Positions 28,521 through 38,700 of a DNA stretch of 47,241 nt are shown one piece after another. Position numbers and translations under genes: made by a program. The notes beneath the pieces are model-generated. The model was not told where the DNA came from and made no database searches. It saw only the letters and a program-made list of their open reading frames with translations. The DNA lies in assembly GCA_025453655.1 (NCBI GenBank), contig JALOPX010000002.1:1-47241 (forward strand), written 5' to 3'. The stretch comes from Candidatus Krumholzibacteriia bacterium. GTDB lineage: Bacteria > Krumholzibacteriota > Krumholzibacteriia > Krumholzibacteriales > Krumholzibacteriaceae. How positions within the stretch are numbered: position 1 is the first letter of the stretch; every line of letters begins with the position of its first letter.

Positions 28521-29547
28521 TCCCCTCCCCCCGCGTTCCGCCTTCCGGCGCGGAAGCGTCATGCTCCGCGATCAGCCTTTCGAACCCTTCGAGGATCATT
28601 TTCTTCGCTTCGCCCACGGTCCCTTCGATCACGAGCCCCGCCGCCTTTGCGTGCCCGCCGCCGCCGTACCTTTCCGCAAGCGCCGCGACGTCATGATGGT
28701 TCCTCGACCTCAGGCTGACCCTCACCGTTCCGTCGCCTATCTCCCTGAAAAGGGCTATCAGCTCCACGTCGTCTATCGAGGCGCCGTAATCGACGAACCC
28801 TTCCGAATCCTTGAAGGATCCGCCTGTCCTCTCGAGCATCTCGCGTGTGATCTCCATGAACGCCGCCCTGCCGTCGAAATGAACCTCGATCGATTCCAGC
28901 ACGGGGGCGAGAAGCTTCAGCGTCTGAAGGTTCTTCATGTAGAAGTATTCGTGCGTCAGGTCGTAGGCCCTCGCGCCCGCCTCTATCAGCCTCCCGGCGG
29001 CGTACATCGCCTCGGCATTCGTGTTCCGGAACCTGAAGCACCCGGTATCCATCAGTATCCCGAGGTACAGGTTGCCGGCGACATCAGGGTCGATCGAGCG
29101 CGGGGCCGCGGTTTCGAGGAACCTGAAAACGATCACCGCCGCCGCCGCGGCCTTTTCGTCGACTACGTTCACCGTGCCGAAAAGATGATTTGAGGGGTGG
29201 TGATCCATGTTGATCAGCGGAAGGCCGCCTCCCGGCCTGACGAGATTCTCGGTCCTTCCGACCGTCGGGGAATCGACGACGAAGATGGCCTGGTGGCCGA
29301 ACCCGCCGAGATCCTCCCTTTCGGCGAAGGCCTCCGCTCCCGGAAGGCGCATGAACCGCTCCGGCATCTCTCCCGGCGCGTAGCATCTCGTATCCTTGCC
29401 GAGCGAACGCAGGAAGAGCGAGATGGCGAGCATCGAGCCGACGCAATCGCCGTCCGGGTCGACATGGCCAACTATCAGGAACCTGTCGGCGGCCCCGACA
29501 ATCTTCATTATAACGCCGAATTCGTCCTTGAACGGTTCTTCACGCAT
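28510..29547 (-). CDS. DHH/DHHA1 family phosphoesterase (NrnA-like oligoribonuclease/pAp phosphatase)
   Basis: DHH motifs are GHVDPDGDCVGS and DHH (MDHHPSN). The DHHA1 motif is GGGGHAKAAG. Start is uncertain: ATG at 29547 (8-nt overlap with rbfA) or ATG at 29586. Confidence 0.85.
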   Translation of the reverse strand: MREEPFKDEFGVIMKIVGAADRFLIVGHVDPDGDCVGSMLAISLFLRSLGKDTRCYAPGEMPERFMRLPGAEAFAEREDLGGFGHQAIFVVDSPTVGRTENLVRPGGGLPLINMDHHPSNHLFGTVNVVDEKAAAAAVIVFRFLETAAPRSIDPDVAGNLYLGILMDTGCFRFRNTNAEAMYAAGRLIEAGARAYDLTHEYFYMKNLQTLKLLAPVLESIEVHFDGRAAFMEITREMLERTGGSFKDSEGFVDYGASIDDVELIALFREIGDGTVRVSLRSRNHHDVAALAERYGGGGHAKAAGLVIEGTVGEAKKMILEGFERLIAEHDASAPEGGTRGEGNEG

Positions 29548-30028
29548 CGCGGCCCTCCGGCCCGTCCGAATCGCCCTCTTCAGCATCCTCGCCCTCCGGG
29601 CCCTCCTGATCGTCCCCGCCCGTCTCCCCGCCGGCGCCGTTTTCCGGACCAGCCTCTCCGGGAAGGCCTTCCTCCCCCGCGGGCGGCTCCTCCTCGTGAA
29701 GCCGGACGATAATCTCCTCGAGCGCCATCGCTCTGTCGAGCGTGGAATCGTATATGAAGACGAACTCCGGTATCACCCTGAGCCGCAGTTCCTTTTTCAC
29801 GGCGTTTCGCATGAATCCCTTGCAGCTCTCGAGCCCCTTCCTTACGTCCTCGAGACCGCCGCCGCCTATGACGTTGTAATATATCTTCGCCACGGAATAA
29901 TCCCTGGAGGCCTCCACGCGGATTATCGAAACGTTGGCGACCCTGGGGTCCTTGATTTTTCTTATGAGCATGCCCGCCACGAGCTGGTGAATCGTCTCCT
30001 CGACCCTGGCCTTGTGTTTTCCTTCCAT
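29540..30028 (-). CDS. rbfA: Ribosome-binding factor A with acidic/Gly-rich C-terminal tail
   Basis: 162 aa. Has RVEETIHQLVAGML...DPRVANVSIIRVEASRDYSVAKIYY...PEFVFIYD. The last roughly 50 aa are E/G/D/P-rich. Confidence 0.9.
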   Translation of the reverse strand: MEGKHKARVEETIHQLVAGMLIRKIKDPRVANVSIIRVEASRDYSVAKIYYNVIGGGGLEDVRKGLESCKGFMRNAVKKELRLRVIPEFVFIYDSTLDRAMALEEIIVRLHEEEPPAGEEGLPGEAGPENGAGGETGGDDQEGPEGEDAEEGDSDGPEGRDA

Positions 30029-30045
30029 CCCCGGTCACCGCCGTT

Positions 30046-30327
30046 TCAGTAAAATTCCCTGTCGCACTCGGTCATAACGGCCCTTTCCTCCCTCTCAAGG
30101 AAATTCAGGATCGACTGGACCGCGGCGTCGATGCCCTTCCTGTCGCCCGCGACCGTGACGAGCGCGATCTCGCTTCGCTGCCATTTGTCCTGGTAGCCGA
30201 TTTCGCACAGGGCCACGTTGAACCTGTTGCGAAGCCTGTCCTTCAGGCTCCTGAGGACGAACCGCTTTTCCTTGAGGGAAGAGCAACCCGGCAGGTGGAA
30301 CTGGATTCTCAGGCAAGCGACGATCAT
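30046..30327 (-). CDS. DUF503 (YlxP-like) protein
   Basis: Track ORF is trimmed to ATG 30325-30327 (MIVACLRIQFHLPGCSSLKEKRFVLRSLKDRLRNRFNVALCEIGYQDKWQRSEIA), the DUF503 pattern. It sits in the conserved position between infB and rbfA. Confidence 0.85.
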   Translation of the reverse strand: MIVACLRIQFHLPGCSSLKEKRFVLRSLKDRLRNRFNVALCEIGYQDKWQRSEIALVTVAGDRKGIDAAVQSILNFLEREERAVMTECDREFY

Positions 30328-30343
30328 GGGGAAGCCCCCGGTT

Positions 30344-32482
30344 CTACCCGATTGTCCTGATCTGCTTCTCTTCCAGGAATATCTCCAGGACATCCCCCTC
30401 GATCAGGTCATCGAAGCCGCTGACGCCGATCCCGCACTCGAAGCCGGCCTGCACCTCTCTGGCGTCATCCTTGAACCGCTTGAGGGAGTTGATCGTTCCC
30501 TTGTAAATGATCTCGCCTTCTCTCCTGACCCTCACCAGCGCGTTGCGCCTGACCAATCCCGTCTTGATGTAACATCCGGCGATCATGCCGATCTTCGAGA
30601 CCCGGAACACCTCGCGCACCTCCGCCTCTCCGAGCTCCTTCTCCACGATATTGGGCTCGAGCAGCCCGGACATCGCGGCCTTGATGTCGTCGATCGCCTG
30701 GTATATGACGTCGTAGAACCTGATGTCGACCTTTTCGCTCTTGCCGAGCCTCGCCGCCTTCGGGGTCATGTTGATGTGAAATCCCAGCACGACGGCGTTG
30801 GAGGCGGATGCCAGGAGGATGTCGCTCTCGCTTATCATCCCGACCGCCTTGTGGATCACGTTGACCTTCACCTCGGAGTTGCTGAGGGAGGAGAGGCTGT
30901 CGCACAGGGCCTCGATCGAACCGTCCGTGTCGGCCCTGATGATGAGATTGAGCTCGGCCGCCACGCCTTCCTGGATCTGCTTGTACAGCTCCTCGAGGGA
31001 TATCCTCTGCGAGGTGCGGCGGTCCCTTTCCCTCGCGAACTGCTGCCTCTTGGACGCTATCTCCTTGGCGGTCTTCTCGTCCTCGACCTGTATGAAGGCG
31101 TCCCCGGCCTGGGGCACGCCGGTGCACCCGAGAACGACGGCCGGCGTCGATGGCGGGGCGTCCTTGATCTTGTTCCCGCGCTCGTTGAGAAGGGCCCTGA
31201 CGCGCCCGAAATAATTTCCCGTGATGAAGACGTCGCCTATCTTCAGGGTTCCCTGCTGGATGAGGATGGTGCTGAGTATCCCCCGGCCCTCCTCCTTCTT
31301 CGCCTCGAGAACGACCCCCCTGCACTGCGCGTTCGGGTCCGCCTTGAGCTCCATCATCTCGGACTGAAGAAGGATCATCTCCAGAAGCTTGTCGATGCCC
31401 GTGCCGTTCCTCGCGGAGATCTCGGCCGACATCACGTTGCCCCCGTATTCCTCGAGGACGATATTCTGCTTGAGAAGCCCCGCCTTGACCTTCTCGAGGT
31501 CGGCGTTGGGAAGATCGATCTTGTTTATCGCAATGATTATCGGGACGTCCGCGGCCTTCGCGTGGTTGATCGCCTCGATCGTCTGGGGCATCACTCCGTC
31601 GTCCGCCGCGACGATCACGATGACTATGTCGGTGGCCTGGGCACCCCTCGACCTCATCGCCGTGAAAGCCTCGTGACCCGGCGTGTCGATGAACGTGATG
31701 TTCCTGCCCTGAACGACGACGGCGTACGCGCCTATGTGCTGCGTGATGCCGCCCTTTTCACCGGCGACGACGTTGCTCTTCCGAATGTTGTCGAGAAGCG
31801 AGGTCTTTCCGTGGTCGACGTGCCCCATTATCGTGACGACGGGGGGCCTTCCGACGAGGTTCTCCGGCTGAACCTGTTTCTTCTCCGAAAGGATGTCCTG
31901 CCCGTAGCTCGTGAGGAATTTGACCTGGTACCCGTACTCGTCGGCGATCATTCCTATGGTCGTCGAATCGAGCCGCTGGTTGATCGCGACCATCAGCCCG
32001 AGATTGAAGCATTTCCTGATGATCTCCGCCGGATCCTCCTCGAGATGCTCCGCCAGGTCGGCCACCGTAGAATACTCGGGCAGCTTTATGACGTTCTCTT
32101 CCTCTTCCAGCTCGACGGATTCTTCCTTGTGTTTTTTCCTCTTCGATTTCCTCGTGATCTCGAGTTTCGCGAGGGTCCTCTTTACGCTTTCCTTGACGGC
32201 CTTCTGATCGGCTTCCTTCTTTTCCGGCTTCCGGGGCTTCTTGACGCGCGGCTTCTTGGCCGGTTTCCCCTCCCTCTTCTTCTCCTTCTCCTTCTTCCTG
32301 ACCTTTTCCGTCGCCTGATCCTTCAAACGGTTGAGGTGCTGCTTGATAAGGATCTCCACACGGTCCTCGACCGTGCTCATGTGGCTCTTTACCGTTATGC
32401 CTTCCTTGACAAGGATTTTCCTGAGAGCCTCACTCGAGATCTCATACTTCCTGGCAAGTTCATATACACGGACCTTTGCCAA
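30344..32482 (-). CDS. infB: Translation initiation factor IF-2
   Basis: G-domain motifs are GHVDHGKTSLLD, DTPGHEAF and NKID. Has a Lys-rich N-terminal region. Track start 32491 is a TTG. The TTG at 32480-32482 gives the canonical MAKVRVYELA N-terminus and has GGGAG/GAGG upstream. Confidence 0.95.
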   Translation of the reverse strand: MAKVRVYELARKYEISSEALRKILVKEGITVKSHMSTVEDRVEILIKQHLNRLKDQATEKVRKKEKEKKREGKPAKKPRVKKPRKPEKKEADQKAVKESVKRTLAKLEITRKSKRKKHKEESVELEEEENVIKLPEYSTVADLAEHLEEDPAEIIRKCFNLGLMVAINQRLDSTTIGMIADEYGYQVKFLTSYGQDILSEKKQVQPENLVGRPPVVTIMGHVDHGKTSLLDNIRKSNVVAGEKGGITQHIGAYAVVVQGRNITFIDTPGHEAFTAMRSRGAQATDIVIVIVAADDGVMPQTIEAINHAKAADVPIIIAINKIDLPNADLEKVKAGLLKQNIVLEEYGGNVMSAEISARNGTGIDKLLEMILLQSEMMELKADPNAQCRGVVLEAKKEEGRGILSTILIQQGTLKIGDVFITGNYFGRVRALLNERGNKIKDAPPSTPAVVLGCTGVPQAGDAFIQVEDEKTAKEIASKRQQFARERDRRTSQRISLEELYKQIQEGVAAELNLIIRADTDGSIEALCDSLSSLSNSEVKVNVIHKAVGMISESDILLASASNAVVLGFHINMTPKAARLGKSEKVDIRFYDVIYQAIDDIKAAMSGLLEPNIVEKELGEAEVREVFRVSKIGMIAGCYIKTGLVRRNALVRVRREGEIIYKGTINSLKRFKDDAREVQAGFECGIGVSGFDDLIEGDVLEIFLEEKQIRTIG

Positions 32483-32506
32483 AAACCTCAACTCCCTTCA
32501 GACCTG

Positions 32507-34168
32507 TTATTCATCGTCTTCGACTGAAATCTCCCCGGCCTCGTCCTCTTCCGGCGATTCGTCGCCGGCCGTCTCTTCCCCGGATCCGGCCGAGCCGGTC
32601 TTTCCGCGGGGCGGTTTCCGGTCGTCATCGCCGTCCGATTCCTCATCATCGTCCTCTTCGCCGGAAGTATCGTCGTCGCCGGCGTCATCGCCGTCTGTCT
32701 CGTCGTCTTCATCGTCTTCCTCGGGCTCTTCGCCGCCGTCCTCTTCATCGTCGCCGTCCTCCTCCGAGTCGAGGCCGCCGAACAGCTCCTCCTCGGTCGG
32801 GACGACATCCTTCGATTTCCTGACGGGTTCGGGGGCGAGGGCCGTTTCGTCGAACAGAGGCTTCTCGACCGCTTCCTCTTCCTCCTCCAGTTCCTTCTCG
32901 AGGAGATCCTTGAGAGCCTTGTTGAGCTCTTCCATGGTCTCCGCGGCCATCGCCTTGAGCCTTTCGGCGGTCTTCTGGCCGATTCCCTCCACATCGAGGA
33001 GCTCCTCCAGCGGCGTCTTGTAGAGCTTCTGCACGGTGAGAAGGCCTATGCTCTTGAGCTTCAGGGCCATCTTGTCGCTTACTCCGTACATCTCGGATAT
33101 ATCCATCTGGAGCTTCTGCTCGAGCCTGTCCCTTCTCTCCACTTCCTTGACCGTGGTGAGAGTTATCTTCCATCCCGTCAGCTTGGACGCGAGGCGGACG
33201 TTCTGTCCCTCCCTGCCGATCGCGAGCGAGAGCTGGTCGTCCTCGACGATGGCCTGCACGTCCCCGGCCGATTCGTTGAACCTCAGCGCGGAGACCTTCG
33301 CGGGCGCAAGCGCCCTCGAAACGAACTCGTAGGGATTCTCGCTCCAGTTGACGATATCTATCTTTTCGCCGTGCAGCTCGTTGACCACGGCCTGCACGCG
33401 CGATCCCTTCATGCCGACGCACGACCCGACCGCGTCGACCTTGTCGCTTCTGGAATGCACCGCGATCTTGGAACGGCCGCCCGGCTCGCGCGCGATGCTC
33501 TTTATCTCGACGTCGCCGTCGAATATCTCGGGGACCTCCTGTTCGAACAGCTTGTGGAGGAACTGGTTGCTCGTCCTGGAGACGACGATCTGCGGGCCCT
33601 TGGCCTCCTTGTCGACCTCCATTATGCAGGCCCTGACGGTGTCCCCCTGGTTGTATCGCTCCTTGCGTATCTGCTCGCGCAGCGGCAGATACGCCTCGGC
33701 CCTGCCGAGGTTGAGAAGCATGTTCCCCCTGTCTATCTGCCTTACCGTCCCGGTGATGATGACGCCGATCTTGTCCTTGTAGTCGTCGTATATCTTGTCG
33801 CGCTCGGCTTCCCTGACCTTCTGCGTGAGAACCTGCTTGGCGGTCTGAACGGCGTTGCGCCCGAATTCCTCGACGGAAAGCTCCTCCCGGATCTCCTTGC
33901 CCACCTCGGCGTCCGGATCGATGGCCCTGGCGTCCTTGAGCGTGAGCTCCAGGGCCCCGTTCTCGACATTCTCGACGACCTTGTATACGCGGAAGATCTC
34001 GAGCTCGCCCTTGGCCTCGTCGATGTGGACCTGGATATCGGCGTCCTGGCCGTGTTTGCGCCTGGCAGCCGAGACAAGGCTGGTCTTTATCGTCTCGATA
34101 AGGGTGTTCTTGTCGACCCTCTTGATCCTTATGATCTGCGAAAACGCATCGATAAACCCTGAATTCAT
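32507..34168 (-). CDS. nusA: Transcription termination/antitermination factor NusA with long acidic C-terminal tail
   Basis: 553 aa. Has an N-terminal domain, an S1 domain (GDTVRACIMEV), KH domains (GMKGSRVQAVVNELHGEKIDIV; IGREGQNVRLASKLTGWKI), an HhH-like segment, then roughly 100 aa of D/E-rich low complexity. Confidence 0.95.
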   Translation of the reverse strand: MNSGFIDAFSQIIRIKRVDKNTLIETIKTSLVSAARRKHGQDADIQVHIDEAKGELEIFRVYKVVENVENGALELTLKDARAIDPDAEVGKEIREELSVEEFGRNAVQTAKQVLTQKVREAERDKIYDDYKDKIGVIITGTVRQIDRGNMLLNLGRAEAYLPLREQIRKERYNQGDTVRACIMEVDKEAKGPQIVVSRTSNQFLHKLFEQEVPEIFDGDVEIKSIAREPGGRSKIAVHSRSDKVDAVGSCVGMKGSRVQAVVNELHGEKIDIVNWSENPYEFVSRALAPAKVSALRFNESAGDVQAIVEDDQLSLAIGREGQNVRLASKLTGWKITLTTVKEVERRDRLEQKLQMDISEMYGVSDKMALKLKSIGLLTVQKLYKTPLEELLDVEGIGQKTAERLKAMAAETMEELNKALKDLLEKELEEEEEAVEKPLFDETALAPEPVRKSKDVVPTEEELFGGLDSEEDGDDEEDGGEEPEEDDEDDETDGDDAGDDDTSGEEDDDEESDGDDDRKPPRGKTGSAGSGEETAGDESPEEDEAGEISVEDDE

Positions 34169-34244
34169 CCTTCAACTCCCCCGTGGAACATGTGTGCCGG
34201 ATTCTAGCCCGGATGCTCGCGCCGTGTCAAAAAGTATTACCGGC

Positions 34245-34736
34245 TCAATCCTTTTTCCTGTTTTCCCTCTTGCTTATCTCCCATTTCTCGCCGTGCAGGT
34301 TCGCCCTGAGAATCCGGCTCATCCCGATGCGGAGCTCTTCCGATCCCGATGAGATCGTCACGGCCGCGCCGTCCGCCGCCGATATGATCCCGATCGCCGT
34401 CCTTTTCTCCCCGCCTTCTCCCGAATATTCGATCTTCGCCTCTTTCCCGGTGAAACGGATGAAATGCTCCGGCTTCGAGAGAGCCCTGTTTATGCCGGGC
34501 GAGGACACTTCGAGATTGTAGGGGCCCGGCATTATCTCGTCGCCCTCGAGGGCGAGGCCGAGAACCCTCGTGGCCTTGACGCAATCCTCGAGGGTGACCC
34601 CCGTTTCGGGATCGTCGATGAAGACCCTGAGCACGGTCCTTCGCCCGAGCGAAGCCATATCCAGTTTCACGAGCTCGAAACCCAGATCATCGAGCTCCTT
34701 TTCGACGAGAGCCGTCAGGCGTTCCAGGCTTTCCAT
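34245..34736 (-). CDS. rimP: Ribosome maturation factor RimP
   Basis: 163 aa. Has LGFELVKLD...LRVFID...VTLEDC...SR and LEVSSPGINR. It is the first gene of the nusA-infB operon, as in many bacteria. Confidence 0.9.
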   Translation of the reverse strand: MESLERLTALVEKELDDLGFELVKLDMASLGRRTVLRVFIDDPETGVTLEDCVKATRVLGLALEGDEIMPGPYNLEVSSPGINRALSKPEHFIRFTGKEAKIEYSGEGGEKRTAIGIISAADGAAVTISSGSEELRIGMSRILRANLHGEKWEISKRENRKKD

Positions 34737-34821
34737 CCGTTTATCCCCCGGATATGCGATCCCATAAAAGAAATGGGGCTTCCCGCCCCAGTCGTCCCCA
34801 TATACCTAGCCCAATGTAGCG

Positions 34822-34858
34822 GAAAAAGCAAGAAAAATCTTGCCCGGCGGCGCCGGGC
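34822..34858 (-). terminator. Rho-independent terminator after the M28/glutaminyl-cyclase-like gene
   Basis: On the minus strand, GCCCGGC-GCC-GCCGGGC (7-bp stem, 34842-34858) is followed by AAGATTTTTCTTGCTTTTT. It lies 9 nt after the stop codon and upstream of rimP. Confidence 0.7.
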
Positions 34859-34866
34859 GGCCCGCT

Positions 34867-35796
34867 TCAGCGGCTCCGTATGTATTCGAGCAGCACCCTC
34901 CCGACAGCCTCGAGGCTGGCGGGGGAGCATTTGTCGGGGGTGTCGGCCACCGTGTGCCAGTATGGATAATCGAAATCTATCAGGTCCGCGGCCTCGATTC
35001 CCGCCCTTATGAACGGCAGATGATCGTCGATGATCGTATGCCCCGGCTCGTTCGCGAACTGTTTGACACCGAGCCTCGCGGCGATGCCGAACAGCTCGTC
35101 GACGAGCCGGCCGGACGCGGCCGAGGAATACCCTTCCCTCGGTATCTTCAGGTCGCTGTCGCCGACCATGTCGACGATGATCGCCGCGGCCGGCCTGTAT
35201 CCCTTGAGATTGTTCGCGAACCAGGCCGATCCGAGGCAGAAATCCCATGGACGCCCCGATTCGCCGTAGTCCTCGCCGTCCAAAAAGACCACGTCGACGC
35301 CGACGGGAGGCTTCGCGCCCCCGATCGCCCTCGCTATCTCCAGCAGGACCGCGACGCCGCTCGCCCCGTCGTTTGCGCCGATGATGGGCGTCAGGCGGTT
35401 CGCGGGATCCGGATCCATGTCGGCGACGGGCCTCGTGTCGTAATGGGCGGCCAGCATGATCCTCTTCGAAGCTCCGACGTTGAAGTTCCCTATGATGTTG
35501 ACGAGCCGCAGGGTGTCGCCGGTGCTCAGGACCCCCTCGAAAGGCTGAAGCGACACGGAGGCCCCGAATTCCCCGAGCTTCTCCACGATGTATCTTCGCA
35601 GGCGCAGGTGCCCCGTCGAACCCGGGTATCTGGCTCCCATGTCGCACTGCTCCCGCAGGAACGCGTAGGCCGATTCGCCGTCGAAGGCCGGCGCGCCGGG
35701 GCCCCCGCAGGAGGCCGCCCACAGCAGGACGGCCGCGAAAACGCACGGAAGGCCGGCGCGCGTCCCTATCCTAGAATTTGAATTCCGCCGTCGCAT
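34867..35796 (-). CDS. M28-family zinc peptidase / glutaminyl-peptide cyclotransferase-like lipoprotein
   Basis: 309 aa. Signal peptide with lipobox-like LLWAASC|GG. M28/QC metal-ligand blocks are AAHYDTRP, IIGANDGASGVAVLLEIAR, FLDGEDYG and YWHTVADT. The block pattern is what I recall for bacterial type II glutaminyl cyclases, but an aminopeptidase cannot be excluded. The annotated start overlaps the sprA 3' end by 26 nt. Confidence 0.65.
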   Translation of the reverse strand: MRRRNSNSRIGTRAGLPCVFAAVLLWAASCGGPGAPAFDGESAYAFLREQCDMGARYPGSTGHLRLRRYIVEKLGEFGASVSLQPFEGVLSTGDTLRLVNIIGNFNVGASKRIMLAAHYDTRPVADMDPDPANRLTPIIGANDGASGVAVLLEIARAIGGAKPPVGVDVVFLDGEDYGESGRPWDFCLGSAWFANNLKGYRPAAAIIVDMVGDSDLKIPREGYSSAASGRLVDELFGIAARLGVKQFANEPGHTIIDDHLPFIRAGIEAADLIDFDYPYWHTVADTPDKCSPASLEAVGRVLLEYIRSR

Positions 35797-38700
35797 GCAT
35801 CCCCACTTCGTGATTGACGTATCCGTAAATCCCGCCCGCCGTGCGCCTGTAGTTCATCGTCAGGTTGCCCGAGACGTTCCTGCTGAAGGAGTATGTCAGC
35901 CTGGGGGCCACCGAGATGGAGGTGGTCGGGGGAACATTGTACTTTTCGGTGTTGGTGTACACTATGTTTACCGACGTGTTGAGGTTGCTGTCGAATTTGA
36001 GCTTTTTGCTGCTGAGAAAGGGCAGGGGCAGCCCGATCCCCTGCTTCCCCTTGACGTCGTATTTCAACTCCAGATTGACGGACCAGCTCTTGTCCCAGAG
36101 CTCCTGATTTCTCTCCATCGTCGTTTTCTTCGCGTAGGAAAGGGAGATCGTCGAGGCGAGGGAATTGAACCACGCCATGTTCCACGCGGGATTGAACTGG
36201 TACCCTTCGGTCTCGGATCCGGCCCGCTTCGAAGTCCTCTCGATATAGCTGATCGTCATATCGCTCGATTTGATGTGTTTCTTCAGCAATCCCCAGTTAT
36301 GAAGCCCCTTCCAGTTCAGGTTGACGTCGGGCCAGGTGATCTCCTCGGTTTCGGTCACCCGCGAATCCGATTCATCCGTACGCTTCGACGAGTTGAAGTT
36401 GATGTTGGCCGAGAGGTTCGAGGTTATGTTGACCCCCGTCCTGAGGTTGAGGCCTATCCTGTCCGTCTGCCTGAGCGGATCGCTGTCGGGGCCGCCCAGC
36501 GCGCCCTTCGTCCCGCTGGTGGTGGAAAATCCCATCTGGTAAAGAAGGTCGGCCCTGTCGTAGAGACGGTCGAAACTGTTGCGCCTGTCGATGTCGATCC
36601 TGCTTTTTACCGGATCGAGCCGGCTCAGGAGGCCGACAACGTGCCTGACGAGGAGCATCGGGTCGGCCTTCCGGGCGGCCGTGCTGTCCGGCGCCGAACC
36701 GACCGCCGCCGAGCTGTCGACCGCGGCGCTGTCCGCGGGAATTTCCCGCAGCCCGACGTCATCCTTGCCGCCCGTTATCCTCGGGCGCCTCAATCCCGTG
36801 TCGGCCGGGTTCTCCGCGGCGCCGCCCTTCGACGGCTCCGCGGGAGGCTTTTCGCCCTGGACCTGCTGCGCCTCTTCATCGACGAGGGTTCCCGGTTCCG
36901 CGCCGGCCCTTTCATCGTCCCGCGTCGTGCGCTGGTCCTTCATCATCTCTTCGAAATCCGTCTTGCGCTGGGCGTACTCGGCGCGCTGCGTGCCGAGCTT
37001 GCTCGCCGAGGACAGGTCGCTTTGTTCCAGCACCCCGATCCTCTTCCCGAATTTCATGACGTACTTGCCGACATCCACGTCGAAAACTATGCTTATGTTC
37101 CGGTTGTTGAAGGCGTCCCTCGTCCCGCCGGGATCGTCGCCCTGCCTCACGCCCGGCTTGAGATCCTCCTCGTAGCTGGTATTGTATTCCAGGGTCGGAT
37201 TGAACTGGCTTATCAGGAAAACGTTCCGCGGCTGGTACCTCATATCGAGGCTCTGCCGGAACGATGTGAGTATCCCGACGTCGATCCCGTAGATCATCTG
37301 CTCCACGGCCAGGTTTCGGTTCTCGGCCCTGCGGTAGTTTAACTTGACCGATTCGAAGGGATCGTATACCGCTGATATCTCGTTATCCCAAGTGCAGGAG
37401 TACGAGGACGGCCTTTTCACGAACCCGTCGCCCGAGAAGGAATATCCCCTTTTGACAGATCTCGCGCCGTTCGCCTTCATCGAGAGGTTTGTCAGCCAGT
37501 AACGCCACTTGACCCCCTTGAAAAGATTCCACTGGCGGTCCTTGCTGAACTCTATCTGATAATTCGCGTTGCCGCTCAGCGACCACGACGTGTCCTTCGC
37601 CGTCGGAGAGTAGCTGGCGTTCTTCGAATAACTCAATCCCGTCTTGAACTTGTCGAAGACGTTCCTCATGATCGCGTTCTTCGAGCCCCTTCTGCTCATC
37701 GCGAGGCTCACCGTGTAGCTGTTCCTCACCGATTTGAGGCTGTCCTGAACGGCGGGATCGGTTATCTCGACGTCCTTCTGCGGAAGATACTTCGGCTTGG
37801 ACTGTGTCTCGGTCCACCGGAAGGTGACGGGGAGATCGAATCTCGCGGTCGGGACGAAGTGGTTGATCTCCGTCTTCCCTGAAAACGCGTACGAATCCGA
37901 GGTGACGCCGCTTCCCGTCTTCTGCCGCAGGGTGCGGAATTCCGGGCCGGTATGCTGGTAATTCCCGTTGACCGAGATGACGTTGCCGAAGCTCGCGGCG
38001 ACGCTCGCCCTTTCGGCATGGTCGATATCCTTGCGGACGCTCCCGAGGGCGAGATCGTTGAACCACACCTGCCCGCCGGGGATCGCCACGCCGGACCTGT
38101 TCCTCAGCCCGGCGAAGAGATACCTGACCTGGAACAGCGAAGGGTTGCCCCTGAGCCTCGCCGGGTAGCTCCGGGAATCGTCCTCGGCGTCCCTCACCAC
38201 GGTTTCCACGACCTGCCCCGGCACGGCGTCGAATTTCATGTCGGTCAGGTCGCTCAGCGTGACGGTGACGAGGTTCCAGTGCCCCGACCTCTCGACCGTC
38301 AGCGGGACGGCGACCTCGTAATAATTCAGGCTGTCATATGCCAGCTGCAGGTAAAAATCGACGATGTCCCCGTCGTGGCTCGTCAGGTCCCGGTCGCCCC
38401 GCACGTAGAACTGGATCTCGCGGTATTGCTGAAAGTCCTGCCCGCCTCCCAGGAACTGTTTCCGCAGCCTGAAAGACCTTTCCGCCAGAAAGTTCTCCAC
38501 CTCGATCAGCAGGGTCTGCTCCCTCGCTTCGATCCCGTCCTTCACGTCGACGTCGTAGGGGGAATAATACAGCGAGGGGTCGTCCTTGTTGTTGATCGCC
38601 CCGACCCTCACCTTCATTTCGGGCTCCGGCACGATCACCGCCTCGTCCTCGAGCTCCCTGATCTTGTCGAACTCCCAGCGGCTTCCGACGAAGGTCAACC

